Positions 9,322 through 19,775 of a DNA stretch of 64,000 bases are shown one piece after another. Where the stretch lies: assembly GCA_963843145.1 (NCBI GenBank), contig CAWJJC010000012.1, positions 64,001 to 128,000 of the forward strand, given 5' to 3'. Source of the stretch: an uncultured delta proteobacterium. Its GTDB lineage: Bacteria; Desulfobacterota; RBG-13-43-22. Both the position numbers and the translations under genes were made by a program. The notes under the pieces are model-generated. The model saw nothing but the letters and a program-made list of their open reading frames with translations. It did no database searches and was not told the origin of the DNA. Numbering within the stretch: position 1 is the first letter of the stretch; every line of letters starts with the position of its first letter.

Positions 9322-10858
9322 ATGAAAACCCAACCCCTATTAGTTACCGGGTCAACCGGTTATGTGGGCGGCCGGCTGGTGCCTCAACTGCTGCAGGCGG
9401 GGTACCGGGTGCGGGCGCTGGGGCGTTCCCTTTCCAAACTGAAAGGACGTCCCTGGGGCAACCATCCTCTGGTGGAGTTGGCCCCCGGCGACGTGTTGGA
9501 CCGGGCTTCCCTGGTGGAGGCTTGCCGCGGTTGCTGGGCGGCGTTCTACCTGGTCCACTCCATGATCGCCGACCCCAAAGGCTACACCGAGACCGACCGG
9601 ACAGCCGCTCAGAATATGGTGGAGGCGGCGTCCGCCACCGGTCTGAACCGGATCATCTATCTGGGAGGCTTGGGCGGGAAGGACGATCCCCATCTGAGCG
9701 AACATTTACGTTCCCGCTACGAAGTGGCCCGCATCCTGCAATCCGGCCCGGTCCCGGCCACCTTTCTCCGGGCGGCCATGATCCTGGGCGCCGGAAGCGT
9801 TTCCTTTGAAATTCTCCGCTACCTGGTGGAGCGGTTGCCCATTATGATTACCCCGCGCTGGGTAGACACCCGGGTTCAGCCCATCGGCATTCGGAATGTC
9901 CTCAATTACCTGCAGGGCTGTCTGGAGCATGAGGAGGTCCTGGGACAGACCTTTGATATCGGGGGTCCGGAAGTGATCAGCTACCGCCGGCTGTTTCAAA
10001 TCTACGCCGAAGAGGCCGGCCTGCGAAAGCGGATTATCCTTCCGCTTCCTTTTTTTACGCCCAGCGTGAGTTCCTACTGGATCCATCTGATTACACCGGT
10101 TCCTTCTTCCATCGCCCGGCCCCTGGCCGAAGGCCTGCGCAATGCCGTCACCTGCCATGACAACCGCATCCGCGAGATTATCCCCCAGGAGCTGTTGGAT
10201 TGTCGTCAGACCATCCGTCTGGCCCTGCAGCGGATTCAGCAGGAGCGGGTCGACACCTGCTGGATGGATGCCAGTGCGGCCATTACCCAGGAATGGATTT
10301 ATTGCGGGGACACGCCTTATGCCGGGGGGACGACCCTGGAGCTGGGATACGCCATTCAGATTCAGGCTTCGCCGGAAGAGGTCTGGAAACCGTTGGAAAA
10401 AATCGGCGGGAAAACCGGCTGGTATTTTGGAACCGGACTCTGGAAAATCCGGGGCTGGTTCGACCGATTCACCGGCGGGATCGGATTCCGGGCCGGACGA
10501 CGCCATCCCTCGGAATTGCGGCCCGGGGATGCCCTGGACTTCTGGCGGGTGCTGGAGGCCGTTCCGGGGGAACGCCTGCTGCTCCTGGCGGAAATGAAGG
10601 TCCCGGGGCAAGCCCTGTTGGAATTCAAGATCAAGCCCCTGGCCCATGGGGTTACCGAACTGCAGCAGGTGGCCCGTTTCCTGCCCAAGGGGCTGGGTGG
10701 GATCCTCTACTGGTACAGTCTTTGACCCCTTTCATCGCCTGCTGTATCCCCGGATGCTGAAGGCCATCGCCCGCTCCATCTCCCGGCCCATAGTTCAAGG
10801 GCCCGAACGGGTGGCGGGCCGGAAAAATATCCCACCCGGGAAGCACCGTGAGAACTAG
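9322..10858 (+). CDS. YbjT-like SDR oxidoreductase with DUF2867 domain; frameshift near 10722
   Basis: VTGSTGYVGGRL, AFYLVHSM, LDFWRV, AEMKVPG, GILYWYSL; C-terminus PFHRLLYPRML continues in the shifted frame. Confidence 0.85.
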
Positions 10859-10863
10859 CGCCT

Positions 10864-12214
10864 ATGCATCCGGAACGTTTTCGTCTTCTTAAAGAGGGCC
10901 CGACTGGAAAAGGACCGGTTATTTATTGGATGAGCCGCGACCAGCGGACCCGGGACAACTGGGCGCTGCTTTATGCCCAGGATCTGGCCGTTCGGGCCAA
11001 GGCCCCTCTGATCGTGGTCTTTTGCCTGGTTCCGGAATTTCTGGGGGCGGTCCGGCGTTCCTATGTCTTTATGCTGGAGGGATTGCGGGGGGTGGAAAGC
11101 GACCTGCTAAAGCAGCGGATAGCTTTTCACCTGCTCCAGGGAAGCCCGGAGGAGGTGCTGCCGCGGTTTATCCGGAAGGTCCGGGCCGATTCCCTGGTTA
11201 CGGATTTTGATCCGCTGCAAATAAAGCGCCTGTGGAAGTCAAAAGTTGCCCGGACCATTGAGATTCCTTTTTACGAGGTGGACACCCACAATATCGTTCC
11301 CTGCTGGTACGCCTCCCCCAAACAGGAATACGGGGCCTATACCCTGAGGCCCAAGATCCAGCGGGTTCTGTCCGAATTCCTCGACGACTTTCCCCGTTTG
11401 AAAAAACATCCTTTTTTCTCGAAAGAAGCACCGCCGGAAACCGACTGGCCCCGGGTGATGAAAACCCTGACAACGGATCCCGCGGTCACTCCGGTGAACG
11501 ACTTCCGTTCCGGTGAAAAGGCCGCCCGCCGGACTTTGAAGGCCTTCATCGAAAGCAGGTTAACCTCCTATGATAGCCACCGCAACGATCCCCTGAAAAA
11601 CGGGCAGTCCGGCCTTTCGCCTTACCTTCATTTCGGCCAGATTGCCGCCCAGCGGGTTGCCTTGCAGGTCACGGGTTCGGCCGGTCCGACTGAGGCCCGA
11701 AAAGCGTTTCTGGAGGAATTAATTGTGCGGAAGCGAATTGTCGGATAATTTCTGTTTCTACAACCCGCTCTATGACCGCGTGGATGGCTTCCCCGCCTGG
11801 GCCCGGACCACCCTGGACCGGCACCGACGGGACCCGCGGGAGTATCTGTACACTATGGAGCAATTCGAGCAGGCCCGGACCCACGACGACTTATGGAACG
11901 CGGCCCAGCGGGAAATGGTCCAGACCGGCAAGATGCACGGTTATCTGCGCATGTACTGGGCCAAGAAGATCCTGGAATGGACGCCCTCACCGGAGGAAGC
12001 CCTGAAAATCGCCATCACCCTCAATGACCGCTACGAGCTGGACGGCCGCGACCCCAACGGCTACACCGGAATCGCCTGGAGCCTCGGCGGGGTCCACGAT
12101 CGCCCCTGGGGTGAACGCCCGATTTTCGGAAAAATTCGTTATATGAGTTCCAACGGTTGCAAATCCAAGTTTGACGTGAAAGGGTATATCCAAAAGCAAT
12201 CCATCGACCAATAG
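10864..12214 (+). CDS. phr: Class II CPD deoxyribodipyrimidine photolyase; frameshift near 11730
   Basis: [31 protein letters not shown]|[33 protein letters not shown]. Confidence 0.9.
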
Positions 12215-12223
12215 CGAGGTTAA

Positions 12224-13181
12224 ATGGGGATGGGATCAAAAATTAAAATAGGAATCAGTTCTTGTCTGTTGGGCAATGCCGTCCGCTACGACGGCGGTCA
12301 CAAGGGGGACCGATTTTTGACCGATACCCTGGGCCGGTACGTGGATTTTGTTGCCGTCTGCCCGGAGGTGGAAGTCGGGTTAGGTATACCCCGGGAAGCC
12401 ATGCGGCTGGTGGGGGATTTGAACCATCCGCGCTTACTGACCATTCGCAGCCGGATCGACCATACGGAACGGATGACGGACTGGGCTAAAAAACGGGTGA
12501 AGGAACTGGAGAGAGGAAGATTTGTGCGGGTTCATCTTTAAGAGCGATTCCCCCAGCAGCGGCCTGGAACGGGTGAAGGTTTACGATCGAAAGGGGATTC
12601 CGGTAAAAAAGGGGGTGGGTCTCTTCGCCCAAGTGTTTATGGACCATTTTCCCCTGTTGCCGGTGGAAGACGAAGGGCGCCTCCATGATCCCCTGCTGCG
12701 GGAAAATTTTATCGAGAGTATTTTTATCTGGAAGCGTTGGCGGGAGATGGGCGAGCAAAACAGAGGCAAGGGCGGATTGGTCGATTTTCACAGCCGTCAC
12801 AAACTGCTGATCATGGCCCACAGCCCCAAGCACTATCAGACCCTGGGGCAATTGGTGGCCCAAGGCCAGGGGCTTTCGCTGGACGATTTGCTTCTTCGAT
12901 ACCAGCAAACCCTTTCCTCGGCCTTAAGGCAAAAAACTACGAACAAGAAAAACGCCAACGTGCTGCAACATATTTTGGGATATTTTAAAAAGGATCTTGC
13001 TCCGGATGAAAAGCGGGAGGCGCTGGAAGGGATCGAGAATTACGTGCGGGGGGTCGTGCCCCTGATCGTCCCGGTTACGCTGATGAATCATTATGTCCGC
13101 AAATATCAGCAGCCGTATTTAAAAGACCAATATTATTTGAATCCCCATCCCCTGGAATTGCAGTTACGAAATCATGCCTGA
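12224..13181 (+). CDS. DUF523/DUF1722 (YbbK-YbgA) fusion protein; frameshift near 12510
   Basis: IGISSCLLG..VRYDGGH, VCPEVE, KSDSPSSG, EDEGRLHD..LRENF, HSRHKLLIMAH, QYYLNPHPLEL. Confidence 0.85.
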
Positions 13182-13203
13182 GACCGGGGGGGAGCGAAAA
13201 AAT

Positions 13204-13690
13204 TCAGACCTGAAACTCCAGAACTTCCTGAAATCGGGACACCACGATATAGTTCGTCTATTTTTATTTTGATCAAGGCGCTGTCCGGGGCATCGACAAA
13301 AGCCGAGAGGTGAGGGTGTTTGGCCAGGAAAAGCTTCCTGAACGAAGGCCTTTCTTCCGGGGAGACTTCCTGGGCTGTACCCAGAGCCGAAACCGAAAAG
13401 GCCTCCTGAAAATCAACGGCCCTGTTGGACCGGTTGTCCATCAGCAGGGAAACCCGGCCGTCAGCCATCAGGTTATGATATTTACGGGTTTTTTGGAAGG
13501 TTGTTAGCACCAAGGTCGTCAAGTCCGGTGTGGCGGCGAAGGCCATCAGGCTCAGGTAGGGGCGCTGAACCTCGGCAGTGGCCAATACCGCCAAACCCTG
13601 CCGGGCGAATAATTCCCGGACCTGGTTTTTGGAGTTGAGGACCCTTGCCTGAAGATTGTCGTCCGACACGGCTTTATCCCTCTTGTTCAT
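13204..13690 (-). CDS. Pyridoxamine 5'-phosphate oxidase-like FMN-binding protein; frameshift near 13250
   Basis: LAVLAT..PYLSLMAF, TRKY.NL..D.RVSLL.DNR; shifted frame gives YIVVSRFQEVLEFQV* ending at 13204. Confidence 0.8.
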
Positions 13691-13741
13691 CAATTGTTAG
13701 GGATAAATTCTCAGATTGAAATGTATAGGCACCTGGCGGGG

Positions 13742-13776
13742 TTGAGCAGAAGCGGGGACGCCCCGCTTCTGCTCAA
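13742..13776. terminator. Strong hairpin
   Basis: TTGAGCAGAAGCGGGG-acg-CCCCGCTTCTGCTCAA. Confidence 0.6.
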
Positions 13777-13992
13777 TACTGCTTATCCCATTTGTTGGCA
13801 GGAGGGTTGAAACCGGCAAGGTCTTCCGGCGGCGGTCCGATTCCCCCTCAATTAAAAAGGTCGATCTGCTTTAGGCCCCAGGCAAACTATCCATTCGATG
13901 CGGGCTTCGGAGGAAGATGCGGCTTTGGGAGCTTTAAACCCCTTTGCCCGTGGGCTTAGCTTAGGCCGATTAAGCGAAAAATGATAAACGTG

Positions 13993-14301
13993 TTATTTCT
14001 TTTTTGGCGGAACGACGGCGTCCTTGAAAGCTTTGGCCATGCGCATTTTAATAACGGTCTTGGCCGGAATTTTGATGGGTTCGCCGGTTTGAGGATTCCG
14101 ACCGGTACGGGCTTTGCGTTTGGAAAGAACGAGTTTGCCGATGCCGTGAAGCGTAAACGCCCCGGTTTTCTTGGTTTCAGTGACAGCCAGGCTGGCCAAT
14201 TCATCCATGACGGCATTGGCCGTGCTTTTGGTTAATTGAAATTTTTCGGCGAAATAAGTCACCGCTTGCGCCTTGGTCATGGGTTTTTTGGGGGTCGCCA
14301 T
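13993..14301 (-). CDS. HU-family DNA-binding protein
   Basis: MTKAQ, GIGKL, RKARTGRNPQTGEPIKIPAK, KAFKDAV. Confidence 0.92.
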   Translation of the reverse strand: MATPKKPMTKAQAVTYFAEKFQLTKSTANAVMDELASLAVTETKKTGAFTLHGIGKLVLSKRKARTGRNPQTGEPIKIPAKTVIKMRMAKAFKDAVVPPKKK

Positions 14302-14443
14302 ACTTTTTTCCTCCTTTAATGGGATTTAGGTATTAAATAGTTGAATTTTATAATGGGAAAAGCCGGTTCGGTCAAGAAAAAAATAGAACGCGGGCAGGAA
14401 AAATGATTTTACTTCAACCGATAAACTCGAAGATAATAGCTGA

Positions 14444-15109
14444 ATGACCGCGAATTCGGATTTGGAAGAGCAACCCGTCACCGGCATTCTCTTGATGGCG
14501 GGTTTGGCGAGCCGCCTGGGTTTTCCCAAGGCCCTGCTGCCTTATGGGCGGAAGGTTCTGATAGAGCAGGTTTTAGAGCAGACCCTGGCGTCCCGATTGG
14601 ACCGGGTGATCCTGGTCCTGGGCTGTCAGGCGCCTAGGATCCTTTCGGCCCTTCGATCTTTTGCGAGGACCCCCAGGCTGGAAATCGTGGTCAACCAGCG
14701 GTACGACCGGGGTTTAAGCAGCTCTATCCGGGCCGGGTTGCGGGTTTTGGACCCTTCTTCCCGCGGGGTGATGTTTATTCTCGGGGACCAGCCCCTTTTG
14801 AGAACCGCAACCATTGATCGTCTAATTCAAGCCTTCAGGAGGAACCAGCTTCCTATCGTGGTTCCGCTTTATGGCGGGCGGCCTGGAAACCCGGTCATTT
14901 TTGGGCGGGCATTGCTTCCCGAGCTGCAACGCCTGCGCGGCGACACCGGCGGCCGGGAAATTATCAGGAAAAATCCGGATCGGGTTCTGACCGTCCCGAT
15001 ACGGCCCCAATATATCGGCTGGGATGTGGACACCTGGGAGGATTATGCTCGGACCCGGAAGTTTTTTTCTCCCAGCAATGAAAAACCGATTTTCAGAGGT
15101 GACTCCTGA
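14444..15109 (+). CDS. Molybdenum cofactor cytidylyltransferase-like nucleotidyltransferase (MocA family)
   Basis: AGLASRLGFPKALL, GLSSSI, LGDQP, GNPVIF, GDTGGR, DVDTWEDY. Confidence 0.82.
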   Translation: MTANSDLEEQPVTGILLMAGLASRLGFPKALLPYGRKVLIEQVLEQTLASRLDRVILVLGCQAPRILSALRSFARTPRLEIVVNQRYDRGLSSSIRAGLRVLDPSSRGVMFILGDQPLLRTATIDRLIQAFRRNQLPIVVPLYGGRPGNPVIFGRALLPELQRLRGDTGGREIIRKNPDRVLTVPIRPQYIGWDVDTWEDYARTRKFFSPSNEKPIFRGDS

Positions 15110-15168
15110 TCAGGATATTTTTTCTTTTAATCCGGAGGCATTATTCCCAGGCCTGGAGGCAATCGGGA

Positions 15169-17676
15169 TTGACGATCCTGGGACTGGGATTAGGCGTTTC
15201 CGTTTTTATCAGCATCCATCTGGCGGTGGGCGCCTGCCTATCCTCTTTCAAAAGTACCGCGCAGGCCGTTTCCGGATTGGCCCAATGGCAGATTATTCAA
15301 GAAGGCCACGGGTTGGATGAAAGGCTTTTCCCGGTCATCAAGGCCCATCCGGCTGTACAGGCGGCCGCCCCGGTAGTAGAGCTGCAGGTCCCCCTTCAAA
15401 ATCATCCCGGCCTGGTTCTCTGGATTATGGGAGTGGATTTTTTCAATGAAGCCCAGGTTCGCACCCACGCCCCTTCGCTGACCTCTTTGCGGGAACCGGA
15501 TTTTTTGTCCCTTATCCTTACCCCCCGGGCCATCGCTTTGAGCCGGGATCTGGCCCGGCGGTTGACTATCCGGCCGGGTTCATCTCTGGGTGTTTTGATC
15601 AACGGACACCCCCAAACCCTTACGGTGGCCGCCTTGATCGACCCGGAGGGTCCGGCCCGGGCCCTGGGAGGCCATTTTGGAGTAATGGATATCGCCCAGG
15701 CGCAAGAAATAATGGGGAAAATCGGGCGACTGGATCGTATCGATCTGGTTTTGAAGCCGGAATATCCGCTGGCCGCTACAATCGAAAGTCTGCAAAAAAT
15801 GCTGCCTCCCGGGGCCTCCCTTCTTCAGCCCTCGGAACGCCAGGCGGGTACGGAACGCATGGTGCGCTCCTATCAGCTTAACTTGCTGGCCTTGAGTTTC
15901 ATTGCCGTCCTGGTCAGCATGTATCTGATGTACAATGTGACCGCGCTTTCGGTGGTCCGCCGCAGGAAGGATCTGGGGATCCTCCGGTCCTTGGGGATGC
16001 TGCCGAAGCAGATTCTGCATTTAATTCTTTGGGAGTCGGCCGGATACGGGCTGCTGGGGGGACTTTTGGGCATCGGGGGCGGCTATCTGCTGGCCCGGGC
16101 GATCCTGGGGACCATCAGCCAAACCATCAGCGACCTCTATGTGCTGGTGGGGGTAACGGAAATACCTTTTAGGCTGCCGGAAATGGCTTTGTTCCTGGTG
16201 GGAGCCGTTGGGGTGGCGCTGGTTTCGGCCTACGTCCCGGCTCGGCAGGCCTCGCGGTTGCAGCCCCGGGAGATCATCTCCCAGGGGCCGGGGACCCTCT
16301 CCCCACCGCGATCCCGGAAGGGAAGTTTTTTTTGGGCCGGATCGTTCTTGTTGATCCTAACCGGTTTACTCCTTTTTATCCCGCCCTGGCAGGGGTTGCC
16401 CCTGGGGGGCCTGCTGGCCACCCTCACTTTGATCCTGGGATTTTCGTTATGGCTTTCCCCCGTAACCCATAAAATCCTGACCTTCATAACTCCGGCCCTA
16501 GCTAAATGGAGGAAACGCCGGAACTTTCGGCATTTGGGCTATCGCTATTTTGATTATGCCCTGGGAAAAATGGCGGTCTCGATGGCGGCTTTAATGACGG
16601 CCATCGCCATGCTGATCAGCGTTTCCATTATGATCAACAGCTTTCGCCAAACGGTAGACCAATGGATTGATCAATCCATCAGCGGGGACCTGCTGGTCGG
16701 TCCGGTTTTCCCCTCCAATCAGGGCGATTTTCAGTTTTTAGAGCCGGAGGTCATTGCGGGGATCGAAAGGCGGGCGGAGGTAAAAGATATTTACTACTAT
16801 CGAAGCGTTCTGACGGCTTCCCAGGGCCGGCCGGTTCGCCTCTGGGCCGGTAATTTAGCGGTCATTAAGCGGTACAGTCGGTTGGCGTTCACCGCTGGAA
16901 ATCCCGAAGAGATCTACCGCCAGGTCTTATCCCGGGAGGCAGTGATCCTCTCGGAGGTTTTAGCCAATCGGCTAAAGGTCGGGCCCGGGGACTCGATCAC
17001 CCTGTTAACCGCCTTTGGGCCTCACTCCTTTAGGATCGCCGGGGTTTTTTACGATTATCGGACCGAGGGAGGCGGGGTTTGGATCGATCGGGCGGTTTTT
17101 TTAAAATGGTGGCAGGATGAAAGGGTCAACGGGGTGCGTCTTTATTTAAAGGATCCCGGCCGGCTGTCCCAGGTCCGGGAATCGTTGTTAAAGCAGTTCT
17201 CCGACCGCTATGAACTGGTGGTTATTTCTCACCGGGAGCTGCGGGAACAAATACTGCGGATTTTTGACCAGACTTTTCAAGTTACCTATGCCCTGGAGGC
17301 GATCGCCATCCTGGTGGCCTTCCTGGGCATTATCCATACCAGTTCCATCCTGATTCTTTTCCGGGAAAAGGAGTTCGGAATTTATAAAGCGCTCGGGGCA
17401 TCGCCCGGGCAGGTCCGAATGATGGTCCTCACGGAAACCGGGCTGATGGGTTTTTTTTCGTTTCTCTGGGGTGGATTGTCCGGGACCTTATTGTCCCTCA
17501 TTTTGATCCTGGTGATTAACAAGCAGTCCTTTGGCTGGACGATTCAATTGCACTGGTCATTAGGGGTTTATGGGCAGACCCTGATCCTCATCCTGATCAG
17601 TTCTGTCTTAGCCGGACTGGTCCCGGCTTCCATCGCCCTGCGAACTAAAATGGAACAGCAGATTCGGGATGAATGA
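15169..17676 (+). CDS. FtsX/MacB-family ABC transporter permease (two-domain); true start probably near 15100
   Basis: RRKDLGILRSLG and REKEFGIYKALG motifs, INKQSFGWTI; frame is open back to 15103. Confidence 0.85.
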   Translation: MTILGLGLGVSVFISIHLAVGACLSSFKSTAQAVSGLAQWQIIQEGHGLDERLFPVIKAHPAVQAAAPVVELQVPLQNHPGLVLWIMGVDFFNEAQVRTHAPSLTSLREPDFLSLILTPRAIALSRDLARRLTIRPGSSLGVLINGHPQTLTVAALIDPEGPARALGGHFGVMDIAQAQEIMGKIGRLDRIDLVLKPEYPLAATIESLQKMLPPGASLLQPSERQAGTERMVRSYQLNLLALSFIAVLVSMYLMYNVTALSVVRRRKDLGILRSLGMLPKQILHLILWESAGYGLLGGLLGIGGGYLLARAILGTISQTISDLYVLVGVTEIPFRLPEMALFLVGAVGVALVSAYVPARQASRLQPREIISQGPGTLSPPRSRKGSFFWAGSFLLILTGLLLFIPPWQGLPLGGLLATLTLILGFSLWLSPVTHKILTFITPALAKWRKRRNFRHLGYRYFDYALGKMAVSMAALMTAIAMLISVSIMINSFRQTVDQWIDQSISGDLLVGPVFPSNQGDFQFLEPEVIAGIERRAEVKDIYYYRSVLTASQGRPVRLWAGNLAVIKRYSRLAFTAGNPEEIYRQVLSREAVILSEVLANRLKVGPGDSITLLTAFGPHSFRIAGVFYDYRTEGGGVWIDRAVFLKWWQDERVNGVRLYLKDPGRLSQVRESLLKQFSDRYELVVISHRELREQILRIFDQTFQVTYALEAIAILVAFLGIIHTSSILILFREKEFGIYKALGASPGQVRMMVLTETGLMGFFSFLWGGLSGTLLSLILILVINKQSFGWTIQLHWSLGVYGQTLILILISSVLAGLVPASIALRTKMEQQIRDE

Positions 17677-17756
17677 GTACCTTTGGAAAACCCTTTCGCC
17701 GAGACCCGGCGGCCATACCAGATCTGGGGGGTACCCACCCAAAAGGGCGAAGCGTC
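17675..17756 (+). repeat. Intergenic repeat family A, copy 1
   Basis: GAGTACC..TGGAAAACCCTTTCGCCGAGACCCGGCGGCCATACCAGAT...AAAGGGCGAAGCGTC; near-identical to 22360-22442. Confidence 0.85.
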
Positions 17757-17786
17757 GAAAGAATAAAGGATCGAGGGAATAACTAA

Positions 17787-18905
17787 ATGAAACGGTGGGG
17801 AATCATTGGCTCCATTCTTTTTGTGGGCCTCGTTTGGCCCTGGCTAAGCCCGGGGCAGGACCGAGCAACCGAGGGGTTCAAGCCGGCCTTGCCGGGGAGG
17901 GCCTTTGTCTTTCCCGAGGATCACCGGGTCCACCGGGATTATAAAACCGAATGGTGGTACTATAACGGCCAGTTGCAGGACGCCGAAGGTCGTCGTTACG
18001 GGTATCAACTGACTTTTTTTCGTGTGGGGATAAGACCCGGTCCGGTTTCCAGCCAGGGATCCCGCTGGCGAGTTCGAGAGGTCTACCTGGCCCATTTGGC
18101 CGTCACCGATGTCGATCATAAAAAATTTTCTTATGCCGAAAAAGTCAGTCGGGGGAATTTAGGGTTAGCCGGAGCGGAAACCGGACGCTATCGGGTCTGG
18201 ATAGAGGATTGGAGCGTGGGCGAAGAGGGGAAGGCCCAGGTTTTAAGAGCCGGTGACCGGAGTTTGGGCTTGTACCTTCAGACTTTTCCGGTGAATCCAC
18301 CCGTGATCCATGGGACGGACGGCATCAGCCGGAAAGGGGCTGGAACCGGGCAGGCTTCCCATTACTATTCCCTAACCCGAATGGCCACCCGGGGGCAGAT
18401 CACCCTCAACGGGAGGTCGGTTAAAGTTCAGGGGCTTAGCTGGATGGATCACGAGTTCGGGAGCAACCAGCTTCAGCCCGGCCAGATCGGCTGGGACTGG
18501 TTTTCCTTGAACCTGGGGGATCAGGCGGAATTGATGCTCTATCAAATTCGAGAAGGGAATGGACAAATCGGTCCGTATTCCAGCGGAACAATGGTCTCCA
18601 GGGGCAGGATTCTCCAATCGTTATCCCGGCAGGATTTTTCCATCGAGGTGCTTAGGACCTGGAAAAGTCCCCACAGTCAGGCTACCTATCCGGCAGGCTG
18701 GCAGATCGCTATCCCCCGACAACAGCTAATCCTGCGGTTGACGCCGGTATTGGACGACCAGGAGTTGATGACCATGAAAAGCACCCGGGTGACTTACTGG
18801 GAGGGCCTGGTGGACGCGGAGGGAACCTATCGGGGACAGCCCATCAAAGGCCAGGGCTATGTGGAGATGACCGGATACGATCGGCGTTTCGCGCCCCGCT
18901 TGTGA
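17787..18905 (+). CDS. AttH/CrtC-like lipocalin-domain secreted protein
   Basis: FPEDH..H..Y.TEWWY, GYQLTFFR, ASHYYS, SWMDHEF, GWDWFS, YWEG, GYVEMTGY. Confidence 0.88.
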   Translation: MKRWGIIGSILFVGLVWPWLSPGQDRATEGFKPALPGRAFVFPEDHRVHRDYKTEWWYYNGQLQDAEGRRYGYQLTFFRVGIRPGPVSSQGSRWRVREVYLAHLAVTDVDHKKFSYAEKVSRGNLGLAGAETGRYRVWIEDWSVGEEGKAQVLRAGDRSLGLYLQTFPVNPPVIHGTDGISRKGAGTGQASHYYSLTRMATRGQITLNGRSVKVQGLSWMDHEFGSNQLQPGQIGWDWFSLNLGDQAELMLYQIREGNGQIGPYSSGTMVSRGRILQSLSRQDFSIEVLRTWKSPHSQATYPAGWQIAIPRQQLILRLTPVLDDQELMTMKSTRVTYWEGLVDAEGTYRGQPIKGQGYVEMTGYDRRFAPRL

Positions 18906-18916
18906 CCAAAAAAAGC

Positions 18917-18944
18917 TTGACAATTAAGGTAGTTTAAATAAGAT
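18917..18944 (+). promoter_or_regulatory. Possible sigma70 promoter of CBS-ACT gene
   Basis: TTGACA-16 nt-TAAGAT. Confidence 0.45.
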
Positions 18945-19032
18945 GAAACCGTTCAAAAAGACGGTTGAAAAGGTCAAAAAGCTCTTCGTGAGCTAAATAA
19001 TCAAATCATAATGCGAGTGGAGGTAAAAACCT

Positions 19033-19701
19033 ATGTTAATTAAAGGGTGGATGACCAGCGATGTCATGACCATTGATGAAGACACCTCGATGATGAAAGC
19101 CTCACAAATTATGAAGGAGAATAATATCCGCCGGCTGCCGGTCATGCATAAAGGCAAGTTAGTGGGTATGATTACCGACCGGGATATCAAGGAAGCCTCT
19201 CCCTCCAAAGCCACCACCTTGGATGTCCACGAACTGTATTATTTGCTCTCGGAGTTAAAGGTTAAAGACATTATGAGTAAAAACGTCTTCACCATCGGTC
19301 CGGAAGAAACGGTGGAGAAGGCGGCCGTGAAGATGCTGGAGCACCGGATATCCGGACTTCCGGTGGTCAACGATAAGGGGAAGGTCGTCGGGATGATTAC
19401 CCAAGGGGATATCTTTAAAGTCCTGGTTTCGCTGACCGGGATTTATCGCGGCGGAATTCAATTTGCCTTCAATTTAGAGGATCGTCCGGGATCGATTAAA
19501 GAGGTGGGCGACCTGATCCGGAAGCATGGCGGAAGGATGGTCAGCATTTTAACCTCTTACGACATGTGCGATGAGGGCTGCCGCCATGTCTATATCCGGA
19601 TCAAGGATATTCCTGAGGATAAACTAAAGGCCTTGACCGATGATTTGGATAAGAATTTTATCCTCCTCTATACAGTTCAGGATTCGCTGAAAGACGTCTA
19701 A
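19033..19701 (+). CDS. CBS-pair plus ACT domain protein (AcuB-like)
   Basis: IRRLPV, ITDRDIKEASPSKATTLDVHELYYLL, LEDRPGSI. Confidence 0.9.
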   Translation: MLIKGWMTSDVMTIDEDTSMMKASQIMKENNIRRLPVMHKGKLVGMITDRDIKEASPSKATTLDVHELYYLLSELKVKDIMSKNVFTIGPEETVEKAAVKMLEHRISGLPVVNDKGKVVGMITQGDIFKVLVSLTGIYRGGIQFAFNLEDRPGSIKEVGDLIRKHGGRMVSILTSYDMCDEGCRHVYIRIKDIPEDKLKALTDDLDKNFILLYTVQDSLKDV

Positions 19702-19728
19702 TTTTTTAAAAATTTATTTTGAGCCCTG

Positions 19729-19775
19729 AGCCCCGTATTCTTTCTCTGGAAGAAGAATACGGGGCTTTGTTTTTT
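19729..19775 (+). terminator. Rho-independent terminator between convergent genes
   Basis: AGCCCCGTATTCTT...AAGAATACGGGGCT followed by T-run. Confidence 0.75.

Noticed and set aside
13773-13889. Minus-strand frame FAWGLKQIDLFN-TGA-GGIGPPPEDLAGFNPPANKWDKQY ending at a strong hairpin (possible tiny selenoprotein or ncRNA)
   Set aside because: In-frame TAG upstream with no start codon or RBS, no recognisable family, and no convincing riboswitch consensus
15100-15102. In-frame TGA upstream of the ABC permease as a possible Sec codon
   Set aside because: No Cys-motif context and not a selenoprotein family; better explained by an indel near a GTG start
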